64,000 nucleotides of DNA from the human T2T-CHM13v2.0 reference genome, Homo sapiens: NCBI RefSeq assembly GCF_009914755.1, contig NC_060929.1. One strand, written 5' to 3'. Positions 42,497 through 57,243 of the stretch are shown here, one piece after another (position 1 is the stretch's first letter; every line of letters begins with the position of its first letter). The notes under the pieces are model-generated. The model was not told the origin of the DNA. It worked only from the letters and a program-made list of their open reading frames with translations, and searched no databases. The translations under genes and the position numbers were made by a program.

Positions 42497-44139
42497 CTAT
42501 TGTTTTCATTTAAAGCACTAAAATGTTTCAATGTTTATTAATCAGTATAGCTATCTTTATCATTCTTCACCCTCCCCCTACATCCTTATCTTTTTTGCTT
42601 ATGAGTTTTATATCATGCCTAACAGATTATAAAACTATTTACCTATGATTTAATCTAGTACTTTTAATGGTTTTATTCCTTGCATTGATATCTTTGTTCA
42701 TCTGGAATTTATTTTGCTGAAGGAAATGAGGCAATAGACTTAATGATAAAATTAACATTAACTGGGTTTGCTGTATGTAGGTTCTCATAAGCCCATTTAA
42801 TCCTCATGCCAATGCTATAAGGTAGGTTATTTTATTCTTCTCCTTCTACAGAAAAGGACATTGAAACCTAGAGGGGTTAAATCACTTGTCATTGGCCATA
42901 TGGTTTTTAAGTACCAAAGTAGGAATTTGACCCTAAGCATTTTATGTCAGAGTCCATGGTACTTAATTATTAATATTACAGCTTCTTTTCCCACAAGTCT
43001 GCATGCTATTGTTCCAGTACCATTTTGGGGAATGATTTATGTGATCTCAAAAGTGATTTAAAATATCACCTTTAGCATATGTACATATTTTTTGGATTCA
43101 GAATACCCTTGGATTCCAGTTTTTCATTTTTTTATTTGGCTTCATTTACCTTTTAGAGACTCAGCTTTAATCCTAGCTGATGTCACAAATTGCAGAAATC
43201 TTGAACTGAATGTTGCGTTTTTAAAAAATCAGTTATTCATCAGCTAATTCAATTTTATAAATCAGGATTTACCTTATAACACTGGTGGAAACACTTAACC
43301 ATTATCCAGTGGACAGGTTCAAGAGGTGGGGTGTGGGGGACGGACATGAAAGGAGAAATACTCAAAGCTTCCCATGGCTGTAGCTTCTGACTGTGGAGCC
43401 TTGAGGAGGAAGGGAATTGGAGTGAACACTTGTAAGTAATCAACCCTATGCTGTAAGGCAGAGGCCTCTTCAAAGGGGCTCTCAAATATATAACTGGCAG
43501 TACTCTTAAAAAAAAAAAAAAGATAACCGAGCCTGAGAATCATGCAGAACCCGCAAGAAGTAGCATTCAACTCTTTGTACTGCTGCACAGGACTCTTTCA
43601 TAAATGCATACACCCAGGCATGAGACCTCCAAGAAAGGGCTTCTTCCTTTAAAATGGCATTTGCATAAGACATCATCAGGTCACCCAGCCAGTTTTGAAG
43701 TTTGTCAACACACCCACATTCTTGGGACGTGAATGACTCTTATCACGCTGCTTCTCATGGGCATTATTTGTGGTGAGGAAACTTCCCAGGAATATTTCAG
43801 TAATGACAGAACAAGAAGTGTGGTGAGGAAGGGCAGACTGAAATCCATTTAAAAAGTTGTGTTTTATTACGCATGTGATATTTTTCTGAGGGATTTTCAT
43901 AAGCATCTTTACTGAGAATGAGATTTTGCAAAGAGACAAGATTTGATTAAGAAGTTCTACAAAATCAATGGGTAATTTTTCTTTCCTTCTTTTGCCCTGC
44001 AGAGAAGGAAAGTCAATGCAAGATTTATAAATTAGGCAATATTTGACAATAGTAAAAGTAGAAAGGCCTGAACAGATATCTATTTTCATTAAAAAAAGAT
44101 TGAAAGCAAAGAAGAGAGAATGTGAGAAAATTAGTACCC

Positions 44140-45530
44140 ATTTTTATTCATTTATCAAATACTTACTGAGTAGCAACTGTCTTCTGGGACTGACAGACAA
44201 TGGGGAATAAGATCCAGGCCTGCCTGCAAGTGGCTTATAGTCTAGTTGGGAATAATGGAGACCTGAAAAAGAGAGAGAAATGAAGAACAGATTTGGGGAA
44301 AGGACCAAGTAGTGGGGATGAAGTAGGAAATATTTTTTCCCTTTCTAAATTCTGCTGCTTCACACTTCCTGACTTCCTTTTCTCACTGGAAGTTGGAAGT
44401 AGCAGTGCTCCTCACTGACAGTAGTCGAGAGAGAAAGCCGGCCGGGTGGATGAGAGAGCTGGCTGCCTTTCTTGTGCCAGAAGGAGAGCTGCAGAGGAGA
44501 CACCACCAAGGTTGTCCCGGCCAGAGCAGCAGTGAGACTGTGTCGGGGCTGCAGGGGCTGTGCAGATTGCTCACCCCCACCACACAGCCCTCACCCTTGA
44601 GGCAAGCTAGGAAAGCCTGGCCCAATCTTGGATTTTCACTTGATCTGCAGGAGGGGCCACAGTAGAGGGTGTGGAGCAGCCCAGAGCTTCGTGCGCTGAC
44701 CTCCTAGCTTTTCTGTCTGTACTTCTGGTTTGGTGATGGTCTAGTCTTATGGGTTTAAGTACTATGTGTAAGCACTGAGGATGCCTGAATGTATATGCCT
44801 AGCCAGGACCACTCCCAGACCTTCAAACTGTGTATCCGGCTAGCTGCCTGACATCTTTTCTTGGAGATGAAATAAGCATCTTGAACTTAACATGTGGCAA
44901 ATTGAACTATTGATACAGGCCACCAGGTCTGTTACTCCCACACTCCTCTGCTCCTCCATAAACAGTAATTCCATTCTTCGAGGGGCTCTGGTCAAAACTG
45001 TTGTAGCCATCCATGATGTGTCACTTTGTCACCACCCCTGTCCTGTCAGCTCTATCTTTTAAATCATTCTCAAATTCCACCACTGCTCACTGCTTCCACG
45101 GCTGTCACCTGCTCTGAGACCCTCATCATTCTTCCCTGGACCATTGCACTAACCCCCCCAACCCCCACTGCCACCGCCACACCCCCCCACCTGTTGTCCC
45201 TCACTTCACTGTTGTCCCTCACTTCACTGTTGTCCCTTCAATCTCTCATCCTTGCAGGCTTCTGTTCAATGTAAACCAGACCACGTTACTCCTCTGCTTA
45301 AAATCTACAGTGGCTCCCATCTGGCCCAGAGCAGAAGCCCAGTTTCTTCCCATATTTTGCCTGCTCTGTTCTGCCTGTCTGCATGCCCTCTAGATGTCTT
45401 CTCTGGCTCTCACCAGCTTGCTTGTTCACTCCTCTCTAGTCACACCTGGCTCCTCCTCGTTCCCTAAATCCTCCAAGCAGCCCCCAACCTCAGGGTCTTT
45501 GCAGAGTTTTCTCCCTCACCTCTGGGCTTT
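44140..45530. mobile_element. L2 remnants, including an 18-bp tandem repeat at 45191-45237
   Basis: L2-like text (ttcatttatcaaatacttactgag; gcatcttgaacttaacatg); CTGTTGTCCCTCACTTCA x2.6. Confidence 0.6.
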
Positions 45531-46112
45531 TCGTTGTGTTAGTCAGGGTCCCATCCATCAGGAAACAGTTGGCACACTTGGAATAGGACAACTTGAGGAG
45601 AATTTATTTACAAGGTATAGAACTGAGGAATTCTTGGGTCTTGGAAGCAGCTAACTTGGAATCATTGGTGTCTGTGTTTTTTCATACTGCATCAGCCATG
45701 AGGAAGCCTGTTCCTATGGCATTTATCAAAGAGGCTCCACAGTGTCTCTGGAATGTTCTGCCAGGTGTTGATTCCTGTTCTGCACGTTTTGATATACTTT
45801 ATTGATTTTAGCAGAAGGTTTTTGGGCAGTAGCTAGGACTCATCTTCCCTCTGTCTGTGGTCCTCAGGTGGCCTGGGGCCTGAAACACAGGGGGTGGCCT
45901 TGTCCAGTCCCACTGCTGGAAATAATAATCACTTTGCTCATGTGTAGGCAGTGACTACTGTGTCCTGCTTGCCCCTGCCCAACATGTGTGAACTGATGAC
46001 AGAAGAAAACAGGGAATCTGAGCGCAAAAGCTAACCTTCTAGGATTCATAGCCTGACATATGTGAGAGACAGTATAAAGGGCAGGAATTCCAGATAAGAC
46101 CATCTTGTGATC

Positions 46113-46475
<363 letters not shown>

Positions 46476-47016
46476 TAAATACTCATGTCTTTCCATTGTG
46501 TTGCTTGACAGCTTTTATTCTCTAATTTCTGCTTACCCTTAAATGGCAAGTGGCTTCTAATTTTTAGTCTTAAGTTTTTCTGCCCTATAACCTTAATTTT
46601 TTGTGACATGTAAAATACTCGATATTCTAGGAAAACATCAAAATTTTAGAAACATTTTAAGTAGTCCTTTTTAAAAAACATTTGGCAACATGCACATCAT
46701 TCTCTGAATCATCTGCTTTTAAATTTATGAGATGAGATTTCCTTTCAGTGGTGAACACCTTGCATTCCTCAAATGATATGAATGTGAAGAGGATGATATA
46801 CTAAGCCCACAGAATATAAGGGATATTTTAAATTTCAAAGTGAGTGTCATTTTGGAGGATTTTTCTTTGACTTCCCCTTGCTTATGACTAGAAACTATTT
46901 CCTCTAGAATTAGTTTTCCCCCTGGCTTTAATATTCAGTTGTAATACAAACTCATTTGAAATTTTATTTAAAATTGACACATAATAATTATACATAATTA
47001 TGGGGTACAGTTGTGA

Positions 47017-47448
<432 letters not shown>

Positions 47449-50132
47449 TAGAAAATTGTATATATAATAATTGTACATAATTTAGGGGGTATATGTGATA
47501 TTTTGGTACATGCATAAAATGCGTAGTAATTAAATCAGGGTCTTTTAGGATATCTATCACCTGAAACATTTATCATTTCTTTGTGTTGGAGAAATTTTTT
47601 CCTCCAGCAATTTTGAAATACACAATATGTTGTTGTTAGCTATAATCACCCTGTGGTGCTGTAGAACACTAGCCCTTGTTCCTCCAATCTAACTGCATGT
47701 TTGTGCCTGTTGACTGCCCCCTTCCTAACCCTTTTCAGCCTCAGGTAACCATCATTCTATCTTCTATTTCCATGAGATCCACTTTTTTTTTTTTTTTTAG
47801 CTCCCACATATGAGTGAGAATATGTGATATTTTTCTTTCTGTGCCTGGCTTATTTCACTTAACATAATGACCTTGAGTTCTATCCATGTTGCTGCAAATG
47901 ACAGGATTTCATTCCTTTTTATAGCTGAATTGTATTCCACTGTGTATATATACCACATTTTCTGTATCACTTGTCTGGTGTACAACACAGTTTAATTCCA
48001 TATCTTTGCTATTGTGAATAGCGCTGCAACAAACATGGGGGTGCAGGGATCCCTTTTATATACTTATTTCTTTTCCTTTGAATAAATACCTAATAGTGGG
48101 ATTGCTAGATTATATGGTAGTTCTATTTTTAGTTTTTTGAGAGACCTCCATACTGTTTTCTATAATGGCTCTTCTAATTTACATTCCCAGCAACAGTGTA
48201 TGAGTTCCCTTTTCTCTGCATCATTGCCAGCATTTGTTATTTTTGCCTTTTTGATACTAGCCATTCTAACTGGGGTAAGATGACACCTCACTGTGGTTTT
48301 GATTTGCATTTCCTTGATGATTATTGATGTTGGGCATTTTTGCCATATACCTGTGGGCCATTTGTATGTCTTCTTTTGATAAGTCTATTTGGAACATATG
48401 TCCACTTTTTAATGGAATTTTTGTTGTTATTGTTGAGTTGAGTTCCTTGCATATTCTGGATATTAGTTCCTAGTCAGATGAATGGTTTGCAAATATTTGC
48501 TCTCATTCTGCGGGTTTTCTCTTCACTCCGTTGATTGTTTCCTTTGCTGTGGAGAAACTTTTTAGTTTGGTATAGTTCTGTTTATCTGTGTTTGTTTTTG
48601 TTTCCTGTGCTTTTGAAGTCTTAGTGATAAAATTGTTGCCTTGACCAATGTTCAGAAGCGTTTCTGCTATGTTTTTTTCTAGTATTTTTATAGTTTAGGC
48701 ATTATGTTTAAGTGTATAATCCATTTGGAGTTTATTTTTGTCTATGATGAGAAATAGGAATCTAGTTTCATTCTACTGCATTGGTATCCAGTTTTCCCAG
48801 CACCATTTTTCGAAGAGTATGTCCTTTCCCCAATATATGTTCTTGGAACCTTGGTTGAAAATCATTTGGCTGTAAAAATGTGAATTTATTTCTGGGTTCT
48901 CTAATCTCATAAATTGGTGTATGTGTCTGTTTTTATACCAATATCATGCTGTTTGGGTTACTGTAGTTTTGTAGTATATTTTGAAGGCAGGTGTTGTGAG
49001 GTCTCAGCTTTGTTCTTTTTGCTTAGGATTGCTTTGGCTATTTGAGATCTTTTGTGGTTTCATATGAATTTTAGAATTGTTTTTCCTGTGTCTATGAAAA
49101 ATGTCATTGATGTTTTGATAGGGATTGCATTGAATCTGTAGATTGCTTTGGGTGATATGGTCATTTTAACAATATTATTTCTTCCAATTTATGAGAATGT
49201 ATTTGTGTTTTCTCCAGTTTCTTTCATTAGTGTTTTGTAGTTTTCCTTCAACATCTTTCACCTCCATGGTTCAATTTATTTTTAGGTTTTTTGGTGTAGT
49301 TATTGTAAATGGGATTGCTTTCTTGATATCTTTTTCAATCAGTTTGTTCTTAGTGTATAGAAACACTACTAGTTTTTCTATGTTGATTTTGTATTCTAAA
49401 ACTTTACTGAATTCATTTATCAGTTCTAAGAAGTTTTTGTGGAGTCTAGGTTTTTATATATACAAGATCATGACATCTGTAAATGGGGACACTTTTTCTT
49501 TCTCAATTTGGATGCCTTTTATTTTTCTCTTGCCTGATTGCTTTAGCTAAGACTTCCAGTACTATGTTGAATATGAGTTGTAAAATTGGGCATCCTTTTC
49601 TCATTCCAATTCTGAGAGAATAAATTTTGCTTTTCACCATTCAGTATGATGTTAGCTGTGGGTCTGTCATATGTGGCCTTTATTATGTTAAGGGTCATTT
49701 CTTCTATGCCTAGTTTGTTGAGAGTTTTTATCATGAAGGAATGTTGAATTTTATCAAATGCCTTTTCTGCATCTATTGAGATGAACATATGGTTTTTGTC
49801 TTTCATTTTTTTGATGTAACGTATCACATTTATTGATTTGCATAGGTTGAACCATCCCTGCATCCCGGGGATAAATCCCACTTGATCATGGTGTATTATC
49901 TTTTTGATGTGTTGTTGGATTCTATTTGCCTAGTATTTTATTGAGGATTTTTGATTCCATGTTCATCAGGGATATTGGCCTATATTTTTCTTTTTTTGTG
50001 TGTCCTTGTCTGGCTTTGGTATCAGGGTAATGTGAGCCTTGTAGAATTAGTTAGAGAGAATTTCCTCTCCTTTAATTTTTTTTGAATACTTTGAGAATTG
50101 GTGTTAGTTCTTAGTAAGTTTGGTAGAATTAA

Positions 50133-50417
<285 letters not shown>

Positions 50418-50571
50418 TTAGGACATTTTTTATGTCCTTGACTAATTCATAGACCCAATGGTCCTTCAGGAGCTATTTTTCCAAAGAAAATTTCCAAAGT
50501 TTCTCCTGTTATTGAATTCTAGTTTTATTCTGTTGTGGTTTGAGGAAACACTTGATATGATTTTGGTTTTT

Positions 50572-52696
50572 ATTTTTATTTTTATTTTTTTGAAATTTTT
50601 ATTGATCATTCTTGGGTGTTTCTCACAGAGGGGGATTTGGCAGGGTCATAGGACAATATTGGAGGGAAGGTCAGCAGATAAACAAGTGAACAAAGGTCTC
50701 TGGTTTTCCTAGGCAGAGGACCCTGCGGGCCTTCCGCAGTGTTTGTGTCCCTGGGTACTTGAGATTAGGGAGTGGTGATGATTCTTAACGAGCATGCTGC
50801 CTTCAAGCATCTGTTTAACAAAGCACATCTTGCACCGCCCTTAATCCATTTAACCCTGAGTGGACACAGCACGTGTTTCAGAGAGCACAGGGTTGGGGGT
50901 AAGGTCACCGATCAACAGGATCCCAAGGCAGAATTTTTCTTAGTACAGAACAAAATGAAAAGTCTCCCATGTCTACCTCTTTCTACACAGACACCGCAAC
51001 CATCCGATTTCTCAATCTTTTCCCCACCTTTCCCCCCTCTCTATTCCACAAAACCGCCATTGTCATCCCGGCCCGCTCTCAATGAGCTGTTGGGTTCACC
51101 TCCCAGACGGGGTGGTGGCCGGGCAGAGGGGCTCCTCACTTCCCAGTAGGGGCGGCCGGGAGAGGCGCCCCTCACCTCCCGGACAGGGGGGCTGGCCGGG
51201 CAGGGGACTGACCCCCCCACCTCCCTCCTGGACGGGGCGGCTGGCCGGGCAGAGGGGCTCCTCACCTCCCAGTAGGGGCGGCTGGGCAGAGGCGCCCCTC
51301 ACCTCACAGACGGGGCGGCTGGCCGGGCGGGGGGCTGACCCCCCCACCTCCCTCCCGGACGGGGCGGCTGGCCGGGCGGGGGGCTGACCCCCCCACCTCC
51401 CACCCGGACGGGGCGGCTGGCCGGGCGGGGGACTGACCCCCTCACCTCCCTCCCGGACGGGGCGGCTGGCCGGGCAGAGGGGCTCCTCACTTCCCAGTAG
51501 GGGCGGCCGGGCAGAGGCGCCCCTCACCTCCCGGACGGGGCGGCTGGCCGGGTGGGGGGCTGACCCCCCCACCTCCCTCCCGGACGGGGCGGCTGGCCGG
51601 GCAGAGGGGCTCCTCACCGGGCAGAGGGGCTCCTCACTTCCCAGTAGGGGCGGCCGGGCAGAGGCGCCCCTCACCTCCCGGACGGGGCGGCTGGCCGGGC
51701 GGGGGGCTGACCCCCTACCTCCCTCCCGGACGGGGCGGCTGGCCGGGCGGGGGGCTGACCCCCCCACCTCCCTCCTGGACGGGGCGGCTGGCCGGGCAGA
51801 GGGGCTCCTCACTTCCCAGTAGGGGCGGCCGGGCAGAGGCGCCCCTCACCTCCCGGATGGGGCGGCTGGCCGGGCGGGGGGCTGACCCCCCCACCTCCCT
51901 CCCGGACGGGTGGCTGCTGGGCTGAGACGCTCCTCACTTCCCAGATGGGGTGGCTGCCGGGCGGAGGGGCTCCTCACTTCTCAGACGGGGCAGTTGCCGG
52001 GCAGAGGGTCTCCTCACTTCTCAGACGGGGCGGCCGGGCAGAGATGCTCCTCACCTCCCAGACCGGGTCGCGGCCAGGCAGAGGCGCTCCTCACATCCCA
52101 GACGGGGCGGCAGGGCAGAGGCGCTCCCCACATCTCAGACGATGGGCTGCCGGGCAGAGACTCTCCTCACTTCCTAGATGGGATGGCGGCCGGGAAGAGG
52201 CGCTCCTCACTTCCCAGACGGGGTGGCGGCCGGGCAGAGGCTGCAATCTCGGCACTTTGGGAGGCCAAGGCAGGCGGCTGGGAGGTGGAGGTTGTAGCGA
52301 GCCGAGATCACACCACTGCACTCCAGCCTGGGCACCATTGAGCACTGAGTGAACCAGACTCCGTCTGCAATCCCAGCACCTCGGGAGGCCGAGGCTGGCG
52401 GATCAGTCGCGGTTAGGAGCTGGAGACCAGCCCGGCCAACACAGCGAAACCCTGTCTCCACCAAAAAAGTACAAAAACCAGTCAGGCGTGGCGGCGTGCG
52501 CCTGCAATCTCAGGCACTCGGCAGGCTGAGGCAGGAGAATCAGGCAGGGAGGTTGCAGTGGGCCGAGATGGCAGCAGTACAGTCCAGCTTCGGCTCGGCA
52601 TCAGAGGGAGACCATGTAAAGAGGGAGAGGGAGACCGTGGGGAGAGGGAGAGGGAGAGGGGGAGGGGGAGGGGGAGGGGGAGGGGGAGGGGGAGAG
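50572..52696 (-). mobile_element. Full-length SVA retrotransposon, antisense to OSMR
   Basis: T tail, SINE-R (about 50600-51095), GC-rich VNTR (about 51095-52240), Alu-like domain (about 52240-52620), hexamer region (52621-52696); TSD ATGATTTTGGTTTTT at 50557-50571 and 52697-52711. Confidence 0.97.
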
Positions 52697-52727
52697 ATGA
52701 TTTTGGTTTTTAAAAATTAGTTGAGAT

Positions 52728-53040
<313 letters not shown>

Positions 53041-56000
53041 CTAAAATATGGTCTATTTTGGAGACTATTCCATGTGCTGATGAGAAGAATGTATATTTTG
53101 CAGGTGTTGGATAAAATGTTCTGTAAATGTCTGTTAGGTCCATTTGGTCTAAAGTGCAGTTTAAAATCAGTGTTTCTTTGTTAATTTTCTGTCTAGATGA
53201 TCTCTCCAATGCTGAGAAAGGGATACTGAAATCCCTAAATATTATTGTATTAGAGTCTATCTTTCCTTTTAGATTTAGTAATATTTGCTTTATTATATAT
53301 CTGGATACTCTGGTGTTGGGTTCACATATATTTGGTATTTTTTAGATCTTCTTGCTGAATTGAGCCCTTTATTACATATAACAACTTTCTTTTTCTCTTT
53401 TTCTGGTTCTTAACATCTGTTTTATCTAAATACAGCTACTCTCACTTGCTTTTGATTTCAATTTGCATAGAATATCTTTTCCTATCCCTTCACTTTCAGT
53501 CTATATGTATCTTTATGGGTAAAGTTTGTTTGTTGTAAGCAGCATGTAGTTGGGTCATTTTTAAAAATCCTTTCAGCCTACACCATTCAAGTGGGGAATT
53601 TAATCCATTTACATTACATTCAAGGTTATTATTGATAGGTGAAGATTTATTCCTGTCATTTTGTTAACATTTTGTCATCCTGTTTTTTGGTTGTTTTTTA
53701 TATTCTTTTTTCTTTTCTTTCTCTCTTATTGTTCATCATTGCAGTTTGGTGGTTTTCTGCAGTGGATATATCTGAGTCATAGCTCTTTCTCATTTGTGTG
53801 TCTGTTCTACCAATTAGTTTTATATTTTCACGTGTTTTCATGATGGTAGATATCATCCTTTCACTTCCAGATATACGATTCCCTTAAGCATTTCTTGTAG
53901 GGCTGGTGTAGAGGGGATAAATTCCTTTAGTTTTTGCTTATCTTGGAAAGACTATTTCTCTTTCATTTTTGAAGGATGGCTTTGCTGAATATAGTATTCT
54001 TGCCTGAAGTTTTTTTTTTTTTTTCTTTTAGCACTTAGAATATATCAGCCCCTTATCTCCTGGCCTTTAAGTTTTCTACTAAGAAATTCATTGTTAGTCT
54101 GATGGGGGTTTCCTTATATATGACTTGATGCTTTTCTCTTTCTTTTTAAAAAATTATCTCCCTGTCTTTGACTTTTGACTGTCTGCCTTTTTTGGGGTTG
54201 AATATCTTTTGGGATCTCTGAGCTTTCTGTATCTGATGTCTATATCTCGTGCAAGAATTGGGAAGTTTTCAGCTATTATTTTGTAAAATAGATTTTCAAT
54301 GTCATTGCCCATGTCTTTTCCTTATAGAACACCAAAAATTTGAGTATTTGGTCACCTTGTGGTGTCCCATATGTCATGTAGGCATTCTTCCTTCATTTAA
54401 GTTCTTCTCTCTGTCTGTCTGTATCTCTGTCTTTCTCTCTCTGTCTGTCGCTTTTATGACTGAGTTATTTCAAAAGACCTGTATACAAGTTCAGAAATTC
54501 TTTCTAGTCTGCTGGTGAAGCTCTTGATTGTATTTTTTATTTCAATTATTGAATTATTCAAGTATAGGACTTCTGTTTGGTTCCTTTTAATGATATCATT
54601 CAGATATGAATTGTCCTGATTTCTTTGAATTGTTTATGTTCTATTGTATCTCTCTGAGTTTCTTTAATATCATTACTTTGAATTCTTTTTCAGAAATTTC
54701 ATAGATTTCTTTTTCATTGGAATCTGTTGCTGGAGAATTATTATGTTCCTTTGGAGGTATCACGTTTCCTTGCTTTTTCATGTTTCTTGTGTCCTTACAT
54801 TGCTATCTGAGCATCTGGTGAAAGAGTTGCTGTTTGTAATTTTATGGATTTGCTTTCATAGGGAAAAATTTTTTTCCTATAGCTGTATCAATAGTATTGG
54901 TTGGGTAGAGAGAGTGGTTAGGTTTTGATTCTGGCTGGACACAGTAGCATAGTCTCTGTATGATATATTTGGCTGTAATCAGCATTAGTAGTGTCTGTGA
55001 GTTCCTTGGTGGCTTAGGCTGCTGTTGTTAGTGGAAGCTGTGGTGAGATTTTGTGAAGGATGGGGACACCAGACAGGCTGGTTGTTGAGCCCCACTGGTG
55101 GTGGTGGCACCAGGCCTACTGTGTCAGTCCTTGGGCCCCCACATGCCCACCTGATGTACATAAGCACCAGTGGTAGTGGGGTTGGATGGGCCAATCCCTG
55201 GGCCTCCATGTGGCTTGCTTGGGTGCCAGCAGTGGCAGTGGTAGGCCAGGCAGGCAGACAGATCTTCTGGCCCTTGGGCAGCATGTGTGGTGCTGGTAAT
55301 GGTAGTTGTGGCTGGTCAGCCCTCAGGACCCCAGGCAGCACACATGAGTGCTGGTGGTGGCTGTGATGGGCTGTGGCAGGCCAGTTCCCAGACTCCAGGT
55401 ACTGTGTGCAGGTGGGTTCTGGTGGCAGTGATGATGGCAGGCTCATGCTCAGGCTTCCAGGAGGCAGGTGCAGATGCTGGTGGTGTTAGACTGGGCATGT
55501 TAATCACCAGGCTCCTGGATGATGTATGTGGGCACCAGCAGGCTGGGGGAGGCCTGTCCTCAGGACTCCAGAAAGTGTGAGTGGCTGCCAGAGGTGGTGG
55601 GCAAGACAGATCAATTCCCAGGCCCCCGCTTCATGTGTGCAGGCACTAGTGAGGGTGGTGCTATGTGTGGCAAGCCTGTCCTCAGGCCTCCCGATGTTGT
55701 GCATGAATGCTAGCTGTGGTAGGTGGGGCAAGTTGATCCCTAGGGCCCTGGACAATGCACTCAGGCAGTGCTAGTGACAGTGGTTGGTGGGGTGGACTGG
55801 TCCCCAGCCCCCCTAAAAGTACATGCAGGTGGGTGGCAGCCCTGATGCTGGAGGTGGGGGGCAGGTTAGAGTTGCTGTCAGTGACAGTGACCCCAAGTAA
55901 TGGACTCTCAGGCTTTTGGGAGCACATGCTTTGGCTTCTTTTGTTCTGAGGGTAGCTTCCCCAGTGTGCTGCACCAGTTGTTCCCCCGGGTATAGACTGA

Positions 56001-57243
56001 GTGAGGTAGAGTGCTGGGGACACAGCCACACTGCTGGGTCCATCCAGCATTACAACACCACAGCCCTCTGAATGGATATTGGGTGATGTCCGCAGGGCTG
56101 CAGGAATGTGGAGAGCAGGGTCTGTTGGCCCCAGCACAGGATGTAGTCTTATGGAGGTGGGCTCTCAATATGGTCCTGTGCTGATGAGAGGGAGGGGGCG
56201 GGGACCCCACACACACTCCCTCTCTGGAGCAATGCCATCACACAGGCTCCAGAGAGCTCCCTATGCTAGTCTCAGGGCTGGCAAGGGTGGAGGGGCTGTC
56301 TTGTGGCTAGGATTATAGGAGTTCACAGTAGGAATATGAACCACTGGGGATCTCTCACTTAACTTTTCCTGGCACTGGGGAGTTTCTTCTTGCTCTGAGC
56401 CAATCCTGGCTGGGTCATCTGCTTTACCTCTCTCTCCTTCTCAGGGGTTCTCTGTCACTTCCCTGCTGAATTCCAGTGGTTTCTCTTCGATGCTCTATTC
56501 AACATGTGATTATCTACTTACTGTACTGGTCCTTTTAAGAGGAGGTGAGTGCCCCGTCCCTCTAGCCAGCCATCTTGAAGTCCCTCCCTCAGTGTATTCT
56601 ATTTGAAGTTTTAAGTAGAGATTTTGGAGAAGTATGAATGACTTGTTTGCCAAAAATAGAAAGCAGTGGAAAGAGGTGCTTAAAGGAATATAAACAAAAC
56701 CTGTTCTTTGCAGACTTTTGCTTCTGTTTGCAATTGGGCTTAGCTATAGACAGGTCTGACCACCCTAGAATAATTTGATGATGTGGTTTACCCTCCTTAT
56801 CTTCACTGTTGTTCCCACTTTTCTGTAAAATATTATTTTTTAAAATAGAGGACATAGGCAGTAACAATTGATTATCTGGTTTACTGAATCGCTGGCTTTT
56901 GATAAAATCCAGGTGGCTGGACAGAGGCAAAAATCGGTTTCAAATTAATTGTTTCATTGTTGCCCTCTGCTGAGTCAGAGTTTGAAGGAGAAAAGTGAAA
57001 TTCAGTGCTTCCCCTGACTAACACATTTGTTCTTAAATTAAGAACGTATTAACCTTTTTGAGGTCATCCAGCCTTATTCTTGATGTCCTCAGATTTTTCC
57101 TGTGGTCAAAGTACCTGATGAATCAGTGAAGCTCTTTGGCTCTTTACAATTCTTTTCTAAGGAAAGGAAAACCGGAAATTATTTGGAATAATGAAAAACT
57201 GTCTCTTGGGAGAATATGCTAACCTAGGTTAAATTTTAATGAG

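Noticed and set aside
51041-52720. ORFs up to 238 aa with repeated PARPAAPSG motifs
   Set aside because: Translations of the SVA VNTR and Alu-like domains.
54985-56318. Cluster of GC-rich ORFs suggesting a hidden gene
   Set aside because: CpG-depleted 5' UTR region of the old L1; no coherent protein similarity or exon structure.
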